A DNA stretch of 64,000 nt from Vicinamibacterales bacterium. GTDB taxonomy: Bacteria; Acidobacteriota; Vicinamibacteria; Vicinamibacterales; Fen-181. The notes under the pieces are model-generated. The model was not told the origin of the DNA. It was given only the letters and a program-made list of their open reading frames with translations, and did not search any database. Location of the stretch: positions 5,878 through 69,877 of the forward strand of contig JBHGBL010000008.1 of NCBI GenBank assembly GCA_041947015.1. The letters run 5' to 3'. Shown piece after piece: positions 1 to 10,330 of this stretch; position 1 is the first letter of the stretch; each line of letters opens with the position of its first letter. A program made the position numbers and the translations under genes.

Positions 1-185
1 ACGACGAAGCGGTGAACCTTCTGTTCGTCCGTTGCAACCGTGCCCGTGAACGTCTCGGTCACTGTGACAGTGGGCTCAGGTGTCGGCGTGGGGTCCGCGG
101 GGATCGGGTCCTCATTGCAGGCGACGACCGCAACCGCGAGGAAAGCGGGCAGGAGGCCCAGGCGACCGAGCAGCGACCAACGCAT
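1..185 (-). CDS. Putative lipoprotein, 5' part only (runs off window start)
   Basis: Not in the ORF track. Manual translation from ATG at 185: MRWSLLGRLGLLPAFLAVAVVAC-NEDPIPADPTPTPEPTVTVTETFTGTV. Signal peptide with lipobox-like VVAC, Pro/Thr linker, purine-rich upstream tract. Confidence 0.7.
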   Translation of the reverse strand, partial: MRWSLLGRLGLLPAFLAVAVVACNEDPIPADPTPTPEPTVTVTETFTGTVATDEQKVHRFV

Positions 186-522
186 CTTCTCTTCTCTCTT
201 CTTCTCTCAGGGCGGCCCGAACGGCGCCTCGGCGTCTCTCTGGCCTTCCAAGTATCCAGAAAACACGGGCCACAGCGCAAGTGCCGATCTGGCCATTGAT
301 CGCTTGCGGACACCTGGGCAGACAACCAGCAAGAGCAGCGCCTCCAACGGCCGCGCCTCGGAGCACTGGGTTGCCGGCCGGGCTTTTCGTCCGTCCTCCA
401 ACGACGTCAGCCAGACGAAAAAGCGGAAATCCCGGAAGGAAATCGACGATTCCTGTTGGCGCCTTCCTTGCTCAGCCCCTTGGCGAGCCGGCCCCGACGT
501 CCGGCAGAACCAAGGGGGCAAG

Positions 523-1314
523 ATGATGACGCGGACGCGAACTTGCGAAGGCACGAAGGTCCTCTCCGTGGAGACGGCGCTTGACGCCAGCGCGAACGGC
601 ACCGCAGAGGCACGGGACCTTGAGGGGCACACCGGCGCGATCACGCGTCCAAGAGGCCGCCGGAGGCTCAGCTTGCTGCCCGCCATCGCCGCAGTGCTGC
701 TTGCGGTTCCATCGTGCGTGTCGAGCGGCGGGTGGTACGGTGGCCGCCAGGGTGTGTGGGTGCCGGTCGACTACGAGCGCATCGCCTATGAGAACGGCTA
801 CCGGCGCGGCTTCGAACGTGGCGCGGCCGACTACCGCTCTGGCCGCGTGTACGAGTTCCGGAACGAGCGCGACTATCGCAATGCCGACTGGGGCTACGAC
901 AGCCGGCTTGGTCCGCGCGGTCAGTACCGGCAGTTCTTCCGGAGCGGTTATGAGCGCGGTTATTCGGACGGCTACAGAGGACAAGGAGCCGGGCGCGACC
1001 CGTATGGCTACCCGGGCGGCGTCTATCCGAGAGGCGGTTACCCGGCGCCTGCCCCGGGGCGCTACCCAGGCGGCGCGCGCAGCGGCTACGGTTACAACAG
1101 CGTGGCTTACGACCACGGCTATCGCGACGGCTACGAGAAGGGCATCGAAGACCTGCGCGATCGCGACCCCTACGACCCCCTCCGCCACGGCTGGTACCGC
1201 GACGGGGACAGGCATTACAACAGCCGGTACGGCCCCAGGGAGGAGTACAGGCGGGTTTACCGCGAAGGGTTCCGCGCGGGTTACGATGCGGTTTTCCGCG
1301 GGGGACGGTACTAG
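523..1314 (+). CDS. Gly/Tyr/Arg-rich exported protein with two internal AY..GY..G repeats
   Basis: C-terminal part of ORF 40..1314. Hydrophobic stretch ending LAVPSC, then two ~65 aa repeats (AYENGYRRGFERG... and AYDHGYRDGYEKG...). Start uncertain. Confidence 0.7.
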   Translation: MMTRTRTCEGTKVLSVETALDASANGTAEARDLEGHTGAITRPRGRRRLSLLPAIAAVLLAVPSCVSSGGWYGGRQGVWVPVDYERIAYENGYRRGFERGAADYRSGRVYEFRNERDYRNADWGYDSRLGPRGQYRQFFRSGYERGYSDGYRGQGAGRDPYGYPGGVYPRGGYPAPAPGRYPGGARSGYGYNSVAYDHGYRDGYEKGIEDLRDRDPYDPLRHGWYRDGDRHYNSRYGPREEYRRVYREGFRAGYDAVFRGGRY

Positions 1315-1356
1315 CGCCGCCATCGCGCTGCGTCTCCTCCCGGGTGTCTTGTTCGG

Positions 1357-1815
1357 CTAGGAGCCCAGCCTGGCGGGCAGCGGTTTGCCCTCATCGACAA
1401 ACAGCAGCGATACCGAGTTCAGGCAGTAGCGGAGATGCGTTGGGAACGGGCCGTCAGGGAACACGTGGCCGAGGTGCCCTCCGCAGCGCGCGCACCGCAC
1501 CTCGGTGCGGACCATGCCGTGGCTGCGGTCGTCCAGTTCCTCGATGTGGGCCGGGTCGAACGGCTCGTAGAAGCTGGGCCAGCCTGTGCCCGAGTGGAAC
1601 TTCGCCTTTGAAGTAAAGAGAGGCAGGCCGCACAGCCGGCAGGCGTAGATGCCTTGCCGCTTGTTGTCCAGCAGGTTTCCGCAGAACGGGGCTTCCGTGC
1701 CTTGGCAGAGAATCACCTGGCGTTCCTCGGGTGTGAGATCCGCCGCCAGGCGATCGACCGTCTCCCTGTCGAGCCGCGAGACGTTGTAGCCGGATTGCGA
1801 TTCCCTGTTGGTCAT
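1357..1815 (-). CDS. msrB: Peptide-methionine (R)-S-oxide reductase
   Basis: GTEAPF, CRLC and CARC Zn motifs, SGTGWPSF, GHLGHVFPDGP, RYCLNS. Start at 1815 (ATG) or 1845. Confidence 0.95.
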   Translation of the reverse strand: MTNRESQSGYNVSRLDRETVDRLAADLTPEERQVILCQGTEAPFCGNLLDNKRQGIYACRLCGLPLFTSKAKFHSGTGWPSFYEPFDPAHIEELDDRSHGMVRTEVRCARCGGHLGHVFPDGPFPTHLRYCLNSVSLLFVDEGKPLPARLGS

Positions 1816-1825
1816 CGCGTCCAGC

Positions 1826-2833
1826 TCACGCGGTTCGAGCGCCACCTTGGCTGGCCGTCAGCTCTTCGGTCGCGTCACGTTCCACCTCGAGACCCCTTCG
1901 GAAGAGATGTCCGAAAGAGCGGCTGTCGGGGCGTGTCCCTTCTGTCGCCCAGATCGATATCGCCTTGCCGATCGCCCACGTTCCACCGTACGCAACCGCG
2001 ACCTTGGGCACTATCCCGACGACGGGGACCAGGCCGACGAGCTCCCTCGCGATCTGACGGAAGAGCATCGCGCCGCCGATGACGCCAGCGATTTCGCCCA
2101 CGAGATCCTTCGGGCGGCCGTCCTTTCCAGCGGCCAGAGCGATCCGGTAGCTCATGATGACCTGGTTCTTCGTGAGAATGACTATGTCTCCTATTACCGC
2201 GGGCACGTTCAACCCGGGAACGGTTTCGGCGAGCCCCGTGCTCAAGGCGTAGCTCGCGTTGGCGCGCGCGGTCTCGTCGATGAGCACGTTGAAGAGCGCC
2301 GGCCGGAGAGGCGGAAGGCGCCGTCCAAGGGCGAGCCTCAGGTCCGGGTCGACGGCCGCCAGCAGGGCCTGCGCTATCCAGGCTGTGGCGCGCTCGTCGA
2401 GCATTGTCACTCCAACGCGGGCGCTCTCTCCGCGCCCCGGCCGCAGTCTCTGGTTCGCCCTCGTGCCTGTCACAACGGTGACGAACGGCGCTTTCGCGGC
2501 GTCGAGGGCGTGGGCGGTTGCTGCCAGAGCGGGCGAGAGGCCGGGCTCCCGGCCAACGAGGATGATGGCCTCCACCTCCCCTTCGGCTATCGGGCGGCTG
2601 CGTTGTCCAGTGGTTCCCGAAAGCGTCCCGCCGCCCTTGCCGTTCAGCCAGGCGGCGTCGAGAGACGGGTTCGATGCCCACCCGTCGCCCCCGAGGAGTG
2701 TAACTACCCGCTGTGCCTCGGCCACCTCATCGCTGATTACCGTGACGCGTACCGGCGTCAGGGCTGTCTGGCGAATCGCTTCGAGGTCCACTTCACGGAC
2801 GATGCGCCAGATGGTCTTGAGCCGCCAGAGCAT
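1826..2833 (-). CDS. DUF697/YcjF-like protein
   Basis: C-terminal DIVILTKNQVIM...GLVPVVGIVPKVAVAYGGTWAIG resembles DUF697-type proteins. GGAGG RBS before ATG 2833. Confidence 0.65.
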   Translation of the reverse strand: MLWRLKTIWRIVREVDLEAIRQTALTPVRVTVISDEVAEAQRVVTLLGGDGWASNPSLDAAWLNGKGGGTLSGTTGQRSRPIAEGEVEAIILVGREPGLSPALAATAHALDAAKAPFVTVVTGTRANQRLRPGRGESARVGVTMLDERATAWIAQALLAAVDPDLRLALGRRLPPLRPALFNVLIDETARANASYALSTGLAETVPGLNVPAVIGDIVILTKNQVIMSYRIALAAGKDGRPKDLVGEIAGVIGGAMLFRQIARELVGLVPVVGIVPKVAVAYGGTWAIGKAISIWATEGTRPDSRSFGHLFRRGLEVERDATEELTASQGGARTA

Positions 2834-2848
2834 GCGTTCCTCCACGCC

Positions 2849-3901
2849 TCAACTGTAGGGCCCGGGTGGAGGGAATGCAAGGGCGGGACCGGAGACCGGG
2901 GTTGCCTGGTCCAGCGCGCCCGCCGACAGCATCCTGGAGTCGGACGCAAACGGGTCGTCGTATATCCCGTCGTCGAAGAAGAGCGCGGGCGTCGTGACAA
3001 CGACCGGCGGCACCTCGCCGAACGACGAGCGCTGAATGCACTGCAGCGAAACGCCGGTCCGATCTGCCAGCGACTGAGCGACGCGGCCCAGGAACACGAT
3101 CTGTCCCGCCCTGTTCGACTGACTGTGGTCCATTCCGCCTGCCCCGAGTCTGCGCAGGGATGGCCCCATCCCTGCGCTCATCGATCCCGCTCCAATCCAG
3201 GGGCCAGAACCTCCAGGTCTGGCGGAGACCTGTGCAGGGAGGCCCGCGGTGATTGCGGGCATGGAATCGCTGTTTGCCGCGTACGACTTGGCCCCCACGT
3301 GCGTTTCGCCGATCAGGGTCGTGCGCGAAGGCAGGTTCACGAGGACGCTGAAGAACCCATCGTGCTGCACTTGGTCGAGCTCGGGCAGGTCGGAGAAACT
3401 CCTGATGTCGGCGCGATAGCCCAAACGCAGCGCTACGGTCTCGCGCGGCTTGATCTCCACATTGGCCACCATGCCCACTGCGTGGAAGTCGGCGGCGGCC
3501 CACGACGACCCGTTCCTTCTCCACGAGGCCGAGCCGCCCAGGTAGAGGCTGTTGCCGCCCGACTCGCCGAGCGGGAGCCGGTAGGTCGCGCCGCCGTTGT
3601 GCAGCAAGTACTTCCAGTCACCGACAGTGCTGAACGTTCCGGCGTCGAACTCGTTGTAGAGGCGCAGGCGCGAATCGAATGCGAGGTGCTCCGCTTCGAG
3701 GGACCCATAGGTCGTCTGGCGCTGCGCGGCATCGCCGAGCGAAGCCTCCGTCGCCGCCGCGACCGAATTGAGTCCCTGGCCGGCGGTGAAAGTGAAGCCG
3801 GGCTGTGCCAAGGCGCTGGAATCTGCGGCCAGGAGGCAGGCGAAGGCGATCCCGGTGGCCGCGAACATCCGCGATGGACAGCGATTGATTCGGTCACGCA
3901 T
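2849..3901 (-). CDS. Exported, probable outer-membrane beta-barrel-like protein, possibly C-terminally truncated
   Basis: Signal peptide (…ACLLAADSSALAQ) and alternating aromatic/polar strands. Ends in an atypical Pro-rich tail that overlaps the next gene's promoter. Confidence 0.6.
   Translation of the reverse strand: MRDRINRCPSRMFAATGIAFACLLAADSSALAQPGFTFTAGQGLNSVAAATEASLGDAAQRQTTYGSLEAEHLAFDSRLRLYNEFDAGTFSTVGDWKYLLHNGGATYRLPLGESGGNSLYLGGSASWRRNGSSWAAADFHAVGMVANVEIKPRETVALRLGYRADIRSFSDLPELDQVQHDGFFSVLVNLPSRTTLIGETHVGAKSYAANSDSMPAITAGLPAQVSARPGGSGPWIGAGSMSAGMGPSLRRLGAGGMDHSQSNRAGQIVFLGRVAQSLADRTGVSLQCIQRSSFGEVPPVVVTTPALFFDDGIYDDPFASDSRMLSAGALDQATPVSGPALAFPPPGPYS
2852..2880 (-). promoter_or_regulatory. 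Sigma70-type promoter for the 2833 gene
   Basis: Minus strand TTGCAT-17 nt-TACAGT. Confidence 0.55.
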
Positions 3902-3917
3902 TTGGGTCACCGCTGAC

Positions 3918-4763
3918 TCAGTTCCGTTCCTGTTTCTGAATGAGATCGGCAATCTCGATCGGCCGCTTCCCGTGGCGCTCGGCCAGTTCCCTGATGTTGT
4001 CGCCGCGTTCCGCTGCGGTTATCCCGTTGGCCTTCAGCCTCTCGACTGCCGTCTCGACCGGTATGCCAAGCTGGTTCGCGATGTCCTCGACGGTCTTCCG
4101 CCCGTAGCCGCCGCCCTCGGCGAGCGGCACCGGCGCGACAGAGGCGTCGGCCCTTGCTCGCTGGTAGACCGCCTGTGGCGTGAGGTGATGGGCCTCGGCT
4201 ATTTCGGCCAGAGTCGTCTTCTTCGGGTCGAATCCCTCGATGCCAGAACGGCGCAGGTTGTCCACGGCTTTCTCGACCGGGATCCTGGTCGTTTCGGAGA
4301 ACTTCTCGACAGTCCAGAGCTCTGCGTGCGGGACGGGTGGCTCGCTGGAGCTATCGCCCCAGGAGTTCTTCACGTCCTCGCCCAGGTCCATCACCGTGCC
4401 GAATGGGGGTGCGCCAGCGATTGTAGAAACCACGAGGATGAGCATGACGCCCATAGAGGCTCCCAGCTCTCGCTTGCGGCGCATGCCCTCGTTCAGGCGC
4501 TTCCTGAGATAGCCCAGGATCACGCGCCAGTTGAAGTAGATGTGGAAGGCGGCCGCCACCACGAAGAGAAACGCGATGATGGTGTGGACCGCCTGCCAGT
4601 CTGCCTTGTCGAGCCCTGTCATCCGCCACACCGACCAGTTCGCGATCCGCCCGGGTGGCGAGACGAAGAGGACGATGCCCGACAGGGCGATGACGACGAA
4701 AGAGAAGACCACGTAGAAGGTGACGAAAGCCCGCCAGTAAAAAGGTTCACGCTTCGCAGCCAT
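3918..4763 (-). CDS. DUF4405-domain membrane protein
   Basis: SGIVLFVSPPGRIANW...W..VH......AFHIYFNW pattern with conserved His in TM helices, then soluble repeats. Confidence 0.8.
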   Translation of the reverse strand: MAAKREPFYWRAFVTFYVVFSFVVIALSGIVLFVSPPGRIANWSVWRMTGLDKADWQAVHTIIAFLFVVAAAFHIYFNWRVILGYLRKRLNEGMRRKRELGASMGVMLILVVSTIAGAPPFGTVMDLGEDVKNSWGDSSSEPPVPHAELWTVEKFSETTRIPVEKAVDNLRRSGIEGFDPKKTTLAEIAEAHHLTPQAVYQRARADASVAPVPLAEGGGYGRKTVEDIANQLGIPVETAVERLKANGITAAERGDNIRELAERHGKRPIEIADLIQKQERN

Positions 4764-4906
4764 TGCCGTCTCCGCCAGATCGAGGCACAGCGTAAGTCCC
4801 CCAGACCCGCCGAAGTGCCAGTGTTTCGTGTGGCGCGAAGGCGGGTGAAGTCCGGGGGCCAGGACCGGGCCGCTCTAGGGGCCAGCGGCGACCCGGTCCC
4901 GCTCCG

Positions 4907-5257
4907 TTACCTGCCAGGCCCGCGGCCGCCCCTGCGGGCAGCGCCCTTGGGACCCGTCCCGTCGCACACGCCGGTCCCGTTGCCGGCACCGTAGCCGGTG
5001 CCGTCCTTCGGGCCGACGCCCTTGTTGCCGGTGCCATCGCCCGGCCCGAAGCCTCCGTGGCCCCGCATGCGCCCCGCGCGGCTGCCCGCGCGGTTTCCTG
5101 CCTGGTAGTTGTCACAGATGCCGTCGCCGTTGGCATCCACGAAGTTGGGGCCGACCCCCGTTGCCTGCCTGGCGGACCGCGCCGGCGGCGTCTGCGCCTG
5201 GGTGCCGGCCGCAACGGCTAGCACCAGGGCGAGCGCGATGAAGAATGCCCGTTTCAT
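4907..5257 (-). CDS. Small secreted Gly-rich protein with FVDANGDGICD motif
   Basis: MKRAFFIALALVLAVAAGTQA signal peptide, AGGAG RBS, DxNxDG loop, GDGTG repeats. Confidence 0.8.
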   Translation of the reverse strand: MKRAFFIALALVLAVAAGTQAQTPPARSARQATGVGPNFVDANGDGICDNYQAGNRAGSRAGRMRGHGGFGPGDGTGNKGVGPKDGTGYGAGNGTGVCDGTGPKGAARRGGRGPGR

Positions 5258-5341
5258 GACGTTTCTCCTTCCTGTTCCTGCTCGAAGGTTGTTCTTGCGC
5301 TGACATCGCCAACGTTTCGTTGGCCGCTGCCACCCAGCAGG

Positions 5342-5356
5342 GCAAGGGGTGTGCCG
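5342..5356 (-). promoter_or_regulatory. Sigma54 (-24/-12) promoter
   Basis: Minus strand CGGCAC-ACCCC-TTGC matches TGGCAC-N5-TTGC, ~85 nt upstream of ATG 5257. Confidence 0.65.
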
Positions 5357-5700
5357 CCGCGCCCCGGCGAGCGGCATCGTCTGTAAGTTGTCAGGTCCAA
5401 ACCGCTTGTCGTCAGGTGTCTTTCGCCGCAGGGCGTGCACCGCTTCTCCGTGTTCGACCTGGCGGTCGAGAGGTTCGACCATTTGGTCGACGAACGGCTT
5501 GCCGGTACTGGCCACACGCAAGGCGCTGCGGACAAGGAGGCAAGACCAAGGACGCGCCGCCGGCCCTTGACTGAAACGGGGAGCGATTCCACAATTGAGG
5601 GCCCGACTGGCAGGCGTGCCCGACGTACACCGCGGCCTGCCGGGCCCCTTCGATACACGTTCCGCCCCGGGCCGGACCGAACGCCGGCCAAGGAGTCACC

Positions 5701-6699
5701 ATGCACCTTGCCCGTTTCCCGCGCAGGCGCTACACGCACGCGCCGACGCCGATCGAGAAGCTCGAGAACCTGACGCGGCACCTGCGCGGACCGAACCTCT
5801 ACATCAAGCGCGACGACATGCTGGGCCTCGCGGCCGGCGGCAACAAGACGCGAAAGCTGGAGTTCCTCGTCGCCGATGCGCTCTCCAAGGGTGCCGACAC
5901 GCTCATCACCTGCGGCGCCGTCCAGTCGAACCACTGCCGGCTCACGCTCGCCGCCGCTGCCAAGGAGGGCCTGAAGTGCAGGCTGGTGCTCGAAGAGCGG
6001 GTGCCGGGCAGCTACAAGGCCGACGCGAGCGGCAACAACTTCCTCTACCGCCTTCTCGGCGTGGAGACGATCACGGTCGTCCCTGCCGGAACGGACATGA
6101 CGACAGCCATGTCCGCCGTGGCCGACGAGGTGCGTGCGGCGGGCGGAACGCCCTACACGATTCCGGGCGGCGGTTCGAACCCGCTCGGAGCTCTCGGGTA
6201 CGTCGCCTGCGCGGAAGAGATCCTCGCTCAGACCTTCGACATGGGCCTCGCAATCGACCACATCGTCGTGGCCAGCGGGAGCGCTGGCACCCATGCCGGC
6301 CTGATCAGCGGCCTGATCGGGAACAACAGCCACATCCCGCTGACCGGCATCAATGTCAGCAGGAGCCGCGAGGAGCAGGAGCCGAAGGTCCATGCGCTGG
6401 CTCAGGGTGTGGCCGATCTCCTGTGCATAAAAGGCGGCATCCCCCGCGAGGCGATCACGGCCCTCGGCGACTGGGTCGGGCCCGGCTACTCGCTGCCGAC
6501 GCCGGCGATGGTCAACGCGGTACGGACGCTTGCTCGCATGGAGAACATCCTCCTCGACCCGGTCTACACGGGGAAGGCAATGGCGGGTCTCCTGGCGCTG
6601 GTCAAGGACGGGAAGTTCAAGAAGGGCGAGAACGTCCTCTTCGTGCACACCGGCGGCTCGCCTGCCCTGTATCACTACCAGTCGGTGTTATTGGACTGA
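5701..6699 (+). CDS. dcyD: D-cysteine desulfhydrase (PLP-dependent, ACC deaminase family)
   Basis: IKRDD...GGNKTRKLEF, QSNH, GGSN, SGSAGT, LDPVYTGK, HTGG. AGGAG RBS. Confidence 0.92.
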   Translation: MHLARFPRRRYTHAPTPIEKLENLTRHLRGPNLYIKRDDMLGLAAGGNKTRKLEFLVADALSKGADTLITCGAVQSNHCRLTLAAAAKEGLKCRLVLEERVPGSYKADASGNNFLYRLLGVETITVVPAGTDMTTAMSAVADEVRAAGGTPYTIPGGGSNPLGALGYVACAEEILAQTFDMGLAIDHIVVASGSAGTHAGLISGLIGNNSHIPLTGINVSRSREEQEPKVHALAQGVADLLCIKGGIPREAITALGDWVGPGYSLPTPAMVNAVRTLARMENILLDPVYTGKAMAGLLALVKDGKFKKGENVLFVHTGGSPALYHYQSVLLD

Positions 6700-6753
6700 A
6701 CCTGGACAGGACTGAGGACTGAGGACTGAGCCAGTACCCATACCTCAGTCCTG
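6693..6753. repeat. AGGACTG heptamer tandem repeat with inverted copy (hairpin element)
   Basis: (AGGACTG)x3 at 6708-6728 and inverted CCTCAGTCCTG at 6743-6753. Confidence 0.75.
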
Positions 6754-6785
6754 ACACGCTCGGGTTCCCGGCCGAAGGAGGCTTT

Positions 6786-7196
6786 GTGAATCTGTCACTG
6801 CGGCTCATCGTCGTCGCGCTGGCGCTCATGATACTTGCGGCTCAGGCTGCGCCCGTGACGGCGACCGCCGGGGATGGGCAGGGCGCGAACGCTCTGACGG
6901 GTGTGGCCGGCAAGTACGAAGGGAACACCGACTCGCCGGAGGGCGTGCTTGCCTTCACATGCGAATTGAAGCTCGAGGAAGGGACGCTCAAGGGGAGCAT
7001 GGTTGCGGGACCTTACTCAGTCGAGATCGACAGCGCCACCTTCGAGGGCGATAGGCTTCAGATGAACGGCACGGTGGACGGCATGGCGATTACGATTGTC
7101 GGCACCTGGAAGGCAGGCGTTTTCGACGGCAGGTGGTACATCGAGGATTCCTCAGGCGCCATGAAGATGGTGAAGGTGACGGCTGGAAAGAAGTAG
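6786..7196 (+). CDS. Hypothetical secreted beta-rich protein
   Basis: Signal peptide, AAGGAGG RBS before GTG, G.Y.G...G.W beta-barrel-like pattern. Confidence 0.7.
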   Translation: MNLSLRLIVVALALMILAAQAAPVTATAGDGQGANALTGVAGKYEGNTDSPEGVLAFTCELKLEEGTLKGSMVAGPYSVEIDSATFEGDRLQMNGTVDGMAITIVGTWKAGVFDGRWYIEDSSGAMKMVKVTAGKK

Positions 7197-7300
7197 GCTG
7201 GGGCGGCCGAAGCCGCCCGAGACGGGCGGGTTGAACCCTCTGCGGGGCTGCGGTACGATTGGGGGTTGCCGGTCCTCCGAAACTCCCGACGTCTGCTGCC

Positions 7301-10300
7301 ATGGCTGAAGGAACCCGCGTGGCCGCGGCCGAGATAGTTGTCCGCGGCGCGCGCACGCACAACCTCAAGAACATCGACGTGACCATCCCGGCCGAGAGCC
7401 TGACGGTGGTCACCGGTGTCAGCGGATCAGGCAAGTCGTCGCTCGCCTTCGACACTATCTACGCCGAGGGTCAACGGAGGTACGTCGAGTCGCTGTCGGC
7501 CTACGCCCGGCAGTTCCTCGAGCGGATGGAGAAGCCCGACGTCGACCGCATCGAGGGCATCTCGCCGGCAATAGCTATCCGCCAGAAGAACAGCATCCGC
7601 AATCCCCGCTCGACCGTCGGGACCACGACCGAGATCCAGGACTACCTGCGCCTTCTCTACGCGCGCATCGGGCGGACGTTCTGCCGCAGCTGCGGCCAGG
7701 AGGTCGTCCGGGAGAGCGCCGAGGTCGTCGCCGGCCGCATCATGGCCCTGCCGGAAGGCGCTCGCCTGCTCATCGGTTTCGACCTGCCGGTAATCAGCGG
7801 GCCAGTCACCGGGCAGCCGGAGGCCGATGCGAACGGGCGCATGGACGGGGGCAGCGAGCGCTTCCCGGCGGCCGAGGACCAGACAGGTGGAGTCCTCGAC
7901 TGGGCCGAAACGGAGCAGGAAGGGCGGGGGGCGTCCACGGCCGAGCAGGCAGTGCCCGGCATCGAGGCGGTCCGCTCGACCATCGACGCGCTCCGGCGAA
8001 AAGGCTTCGGCCGGCTCCTTCTCGATGGCCAGGCGCGCCTCTTCGAGGATCTCGACCTCGGAACTCCTGAAGAGCCCGGCCCTGACGGGCTGAAGCTGGC
8101 GAGCGACTCCGTCCTGCGCATCGTCGTGGACCGTGTCGAGTTGAAAGAAGGCATCCGGGGGCGCGTGACCGACTCGGTCGAAACCGCGTACTCGGAAGGC
8201 GGCGGTGCGGCCTGGGCGATCGAGATCGGTGGAGCGGATGGCCAGGCGCGGACGCACCTCTTCTCGGAGCGTTTCGAATGCGTTCCGTGCGGTCTGGCGT
8301 ACGAGGATCCGCAGCCGCGTCTCTTCTCCTTCAACAATCCGTTCGGGGCCTGCCCCGCCTGCCACGGTTTCGGCAACGTCATCGAGCTCGACATGGATCT
8401 GGTCGTGCCGGACAGGACGAAGTCGCTTGCACAGAACGCGGTCGAGCCATGGACCAGGCCGCACTACAGGGCCTGGCAGGCGGCGCTGAAGCGCGCGGCG
8501 CGGAAGGCCGGGGTGCGTCTCGACGTTCCCTGGTCGGAGCTGACGGCCGATGAGCAGCGGTTCGTGATAGAGGGCGACGGCGAGGACTTCGATGGCGTCC
8601 GTGGCTTCTTCGACTGGCTAGACCGCAAGAAATACAAAGTACACGTCCGAGTCTTCCTGTCGCGTTACCGTGGATACCTGACGTGCCCCGACTGCGGCGG
8701 CACGCGGCTGAGGCGTGAAGCGCGCGACGTGCGAGTGGGCGGGCGCTCGATCGGCGAAGTGTCCTCGTTAACGGTGGGAGAGGCCAGCGCGTTCTTTGCC
8801 ACGCTGCCGCTCTCGGAGCGCGAGGCGGCGATCGCCGGTAGGCTGCTGCGGGAGATACGAAAGCGGCTCGCATTCCTCAGCGACGTAGGTCTCGAGTACC
8901 TGACGCTGGACCGGCTGTCGTCGACTCTCTCCGGCGGCGAGACCCAGCGCATAAACCTGGCGACGGCGCTCGGGTCCGCGCTGGTCGGTGCGCTCTACGT
9001 GCTCGACGAGCCATCGATAGGCCTGCACCCGCGCGACAACGAGCGGCTCATCGCGATACTGCGCCAGCTCCGCGACCAGGGGAATACGGTGCTGGTTGTC
9101 GAGCACGACGCGGACATGATCCGGGTGGCCGATCGCGTCATCGACCTCGGGCTCGGCGCCGGGGAACAGGGGGGCCGGGTGGTCTACGCCGGCACGCTCG
9201 AGGGGCTGTTGCAGGAGCAGGGCTCGCTGACTGCCAAGTACCTCAGGGGAGACTTGGCCATCCCCGTCCCGCAGTCCAGGCGCAAGGGCAGCGGGCAGGT
9301 GCTGCGCATCCGCGGCGCGAGCGAGCACAACCTGCGCGACATCGACGTGGAGATCCCGCTCAACACGCTCACGGTGGTGACAGGTGTGAGCGGCTCGGGC
9401 AAGTCGACGCTCGTCCACGATGTCCTCTACCCGGCCTTCAAGCGCGCGAAGGGCTCGTGGGACAGGCGCGTGGGAGCGCTGCGCGGCCTGGATGGTGTAG
9501 AGCACCTGGCGGACGCGGTGTTGATCGACCAGGCACCTATCGGGCGGACCCCGCGGTCGAACCCGGTGACGTACCTGAAAGCGTTCGATCCGATCCGCGA
9601 GCTGTTTGCGGCGACGAAGGACGCCCGAACGCGAGGCCTGACAGCGAGCCACTTCTCGTTCAACGTCCCGGGTGGGCGTTGCGAGACTTGCGAGGGTGAA
9701 GGACAGGTTCGCGTCGAGATGCAGTTCCTGGCCGACGTGTTCGTGCCGTGCGAGCATTGCGACGGTGCGCGCTTCAAGCCCGAGGTCCTCGAGGTGAGGT
9801 ACCGCGGGCGGAACGTCGCCGAGGTGCTCGACCTCACCGTGCGCGAGGCGCTCGCTTTCTTCTCGACCTCGCCCAAGGTGATCCGCAGGCTGCAGGTCCT
9901 CGACGAGATAGGCCTCGGCTACCTTCGTCTGGGACAGGCTGCGACGACCCTTTCCGGCGGCGAGGCTCAGCGGATTAAGATAGCCTCGCACCTGGCGTCG
10001 CACGGCGGCGATCGCCTCCTGTACATCCTGGACGAACCGACGACCGGGCTGCACTTCGACGACATAGCCAAGCTGCTGGCGGCGTTCCGGAAGCTGCTGC
10101 AGGGGGGGCACTCGCTGCTCGTGATAGAGCACAACGTGGACGTGATCAAGACTGCGGATCACGTCATCGACCTCGGCCCCGAGGGCGGGGGCGACGGCGG
10201 GTGCGTGGTCGCAGCGGGCTCTCCCGAGCATATCGTGCAGGTTTCGGCGTCGCACACCGGTCGCTATCTGCGGGCGGCGCTGGCGGCTGGAAGATCTCAC

Positions 10301-10330
10301 ACTTGGGCGGGGGTCGCAGATGATTCGTGA
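7301..10330 (+). CDS. uvrA: Excinuclease ABC subunit A
   Basis: [11 protein letters not shown], two GVSGSGKS Walker A motifs, LSGGE signatures, DEP Walker B motifs, Zn fingers. Confidence 0.96.
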   Translation: MAEGTRVAAAEIVVRGARTHNLKNIDVTIPAESLTVVTGVSGSGKSSLAFDTIYAEGQRRYVESLSAYARQFLERMEKPDVDRIEGISPAIAIRQKNSIRNPRSTVGTTTEIQDYLRLLYARIGRTFCRSCGQEVVRESAEVVAGRIMALPEGARLLIGFDLPVISGPVTGQPEADANGRMDGGSERFPAAEDQTGGVLDWAETEQEGRGASTAEQAVPGIEAVRSTIDALRRKGFGRLLLDGQARLFEDLDLGTPEEPGPDGLKLASDSVLRIVVDRVELKEGIRGRVTDSVETAYSEGGGAAWAIEIGGADGQARTHLFSERFECVPCGLAYEDPQPRLFSFNNPFGACPACHGFGNVIELDMDLVVPDRTKSLAQNAVEPWTRPHYRAWQAALKRAARKAGVRLDVPWSELTADEQRFVIEGDGEDFDGVRGFFDWLDRKKYKVHVRVFLSRYRGYLTCPDCGGTRLRREARDVRVGGRSIGEVSSLTVGEASAFFATLPLSEREAAIAGRLLREIRKRLAFLSDVGLEYLTLDRLSSTLSGGETQRINLATALGSALVGALYVLDEPSIGLHPRDNERLIAILRQLRDQGNTVLVVEHDADMIRVADRVIDLGLGAGEQGGRVVYAGTLEGLLQEQGSLTAKYLRGDLAIPVPQSRRKGSGQVLRIRGASEHNLRDIDVEIPLNTLTVVTGVSGSGKSTLVHDVLYPAFKRAKGSWDRRVGALRGLDGVEHLADAVLIDQAPIGRTPRSNPVTYLKAFDPIRELFAATKDARTRGLTASHFSFNVPGGRCETCEGEGQVRVEMQFLADVFVPCEHCDGARFKPEVLEVRYRGRNVAEVLDLTVREALAFFSTSPKVIRRLQVLDEIGLGYLRLGQAATTLSGGEAQRIKIASHLASHGGDRLLYILDEPTTGLHFDDIAKLLAAFRKLLQGGHSLLVIEHNVDVIKTADHVIDLGPEGGGDGGCVVAAGSPEHIVQVSASHTGRYLRAALAAGRSHTWAGVADDS

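Noticed and set aside
1357-1815. Selenocysteine recoding in MsrB or the redox subunits
   Set aside because: The catalytic position is Cys (RYCLNS), and no in-frame TGA interrupts a conserved domain.
1808-3916. 702 aa plus-strand ORF
   Set aside because: Antisense shadow of two minus-strand genes, Arg/Gly-rich with no motifs. Typical of high-GC DNA.
6693-6753. CRISPR array from the short repeats here and at 23.9, 24.8 and 31.4 kb
   Set aside because: Units are 7 nt in tandem with no unique spacers, and no cas genes are present.
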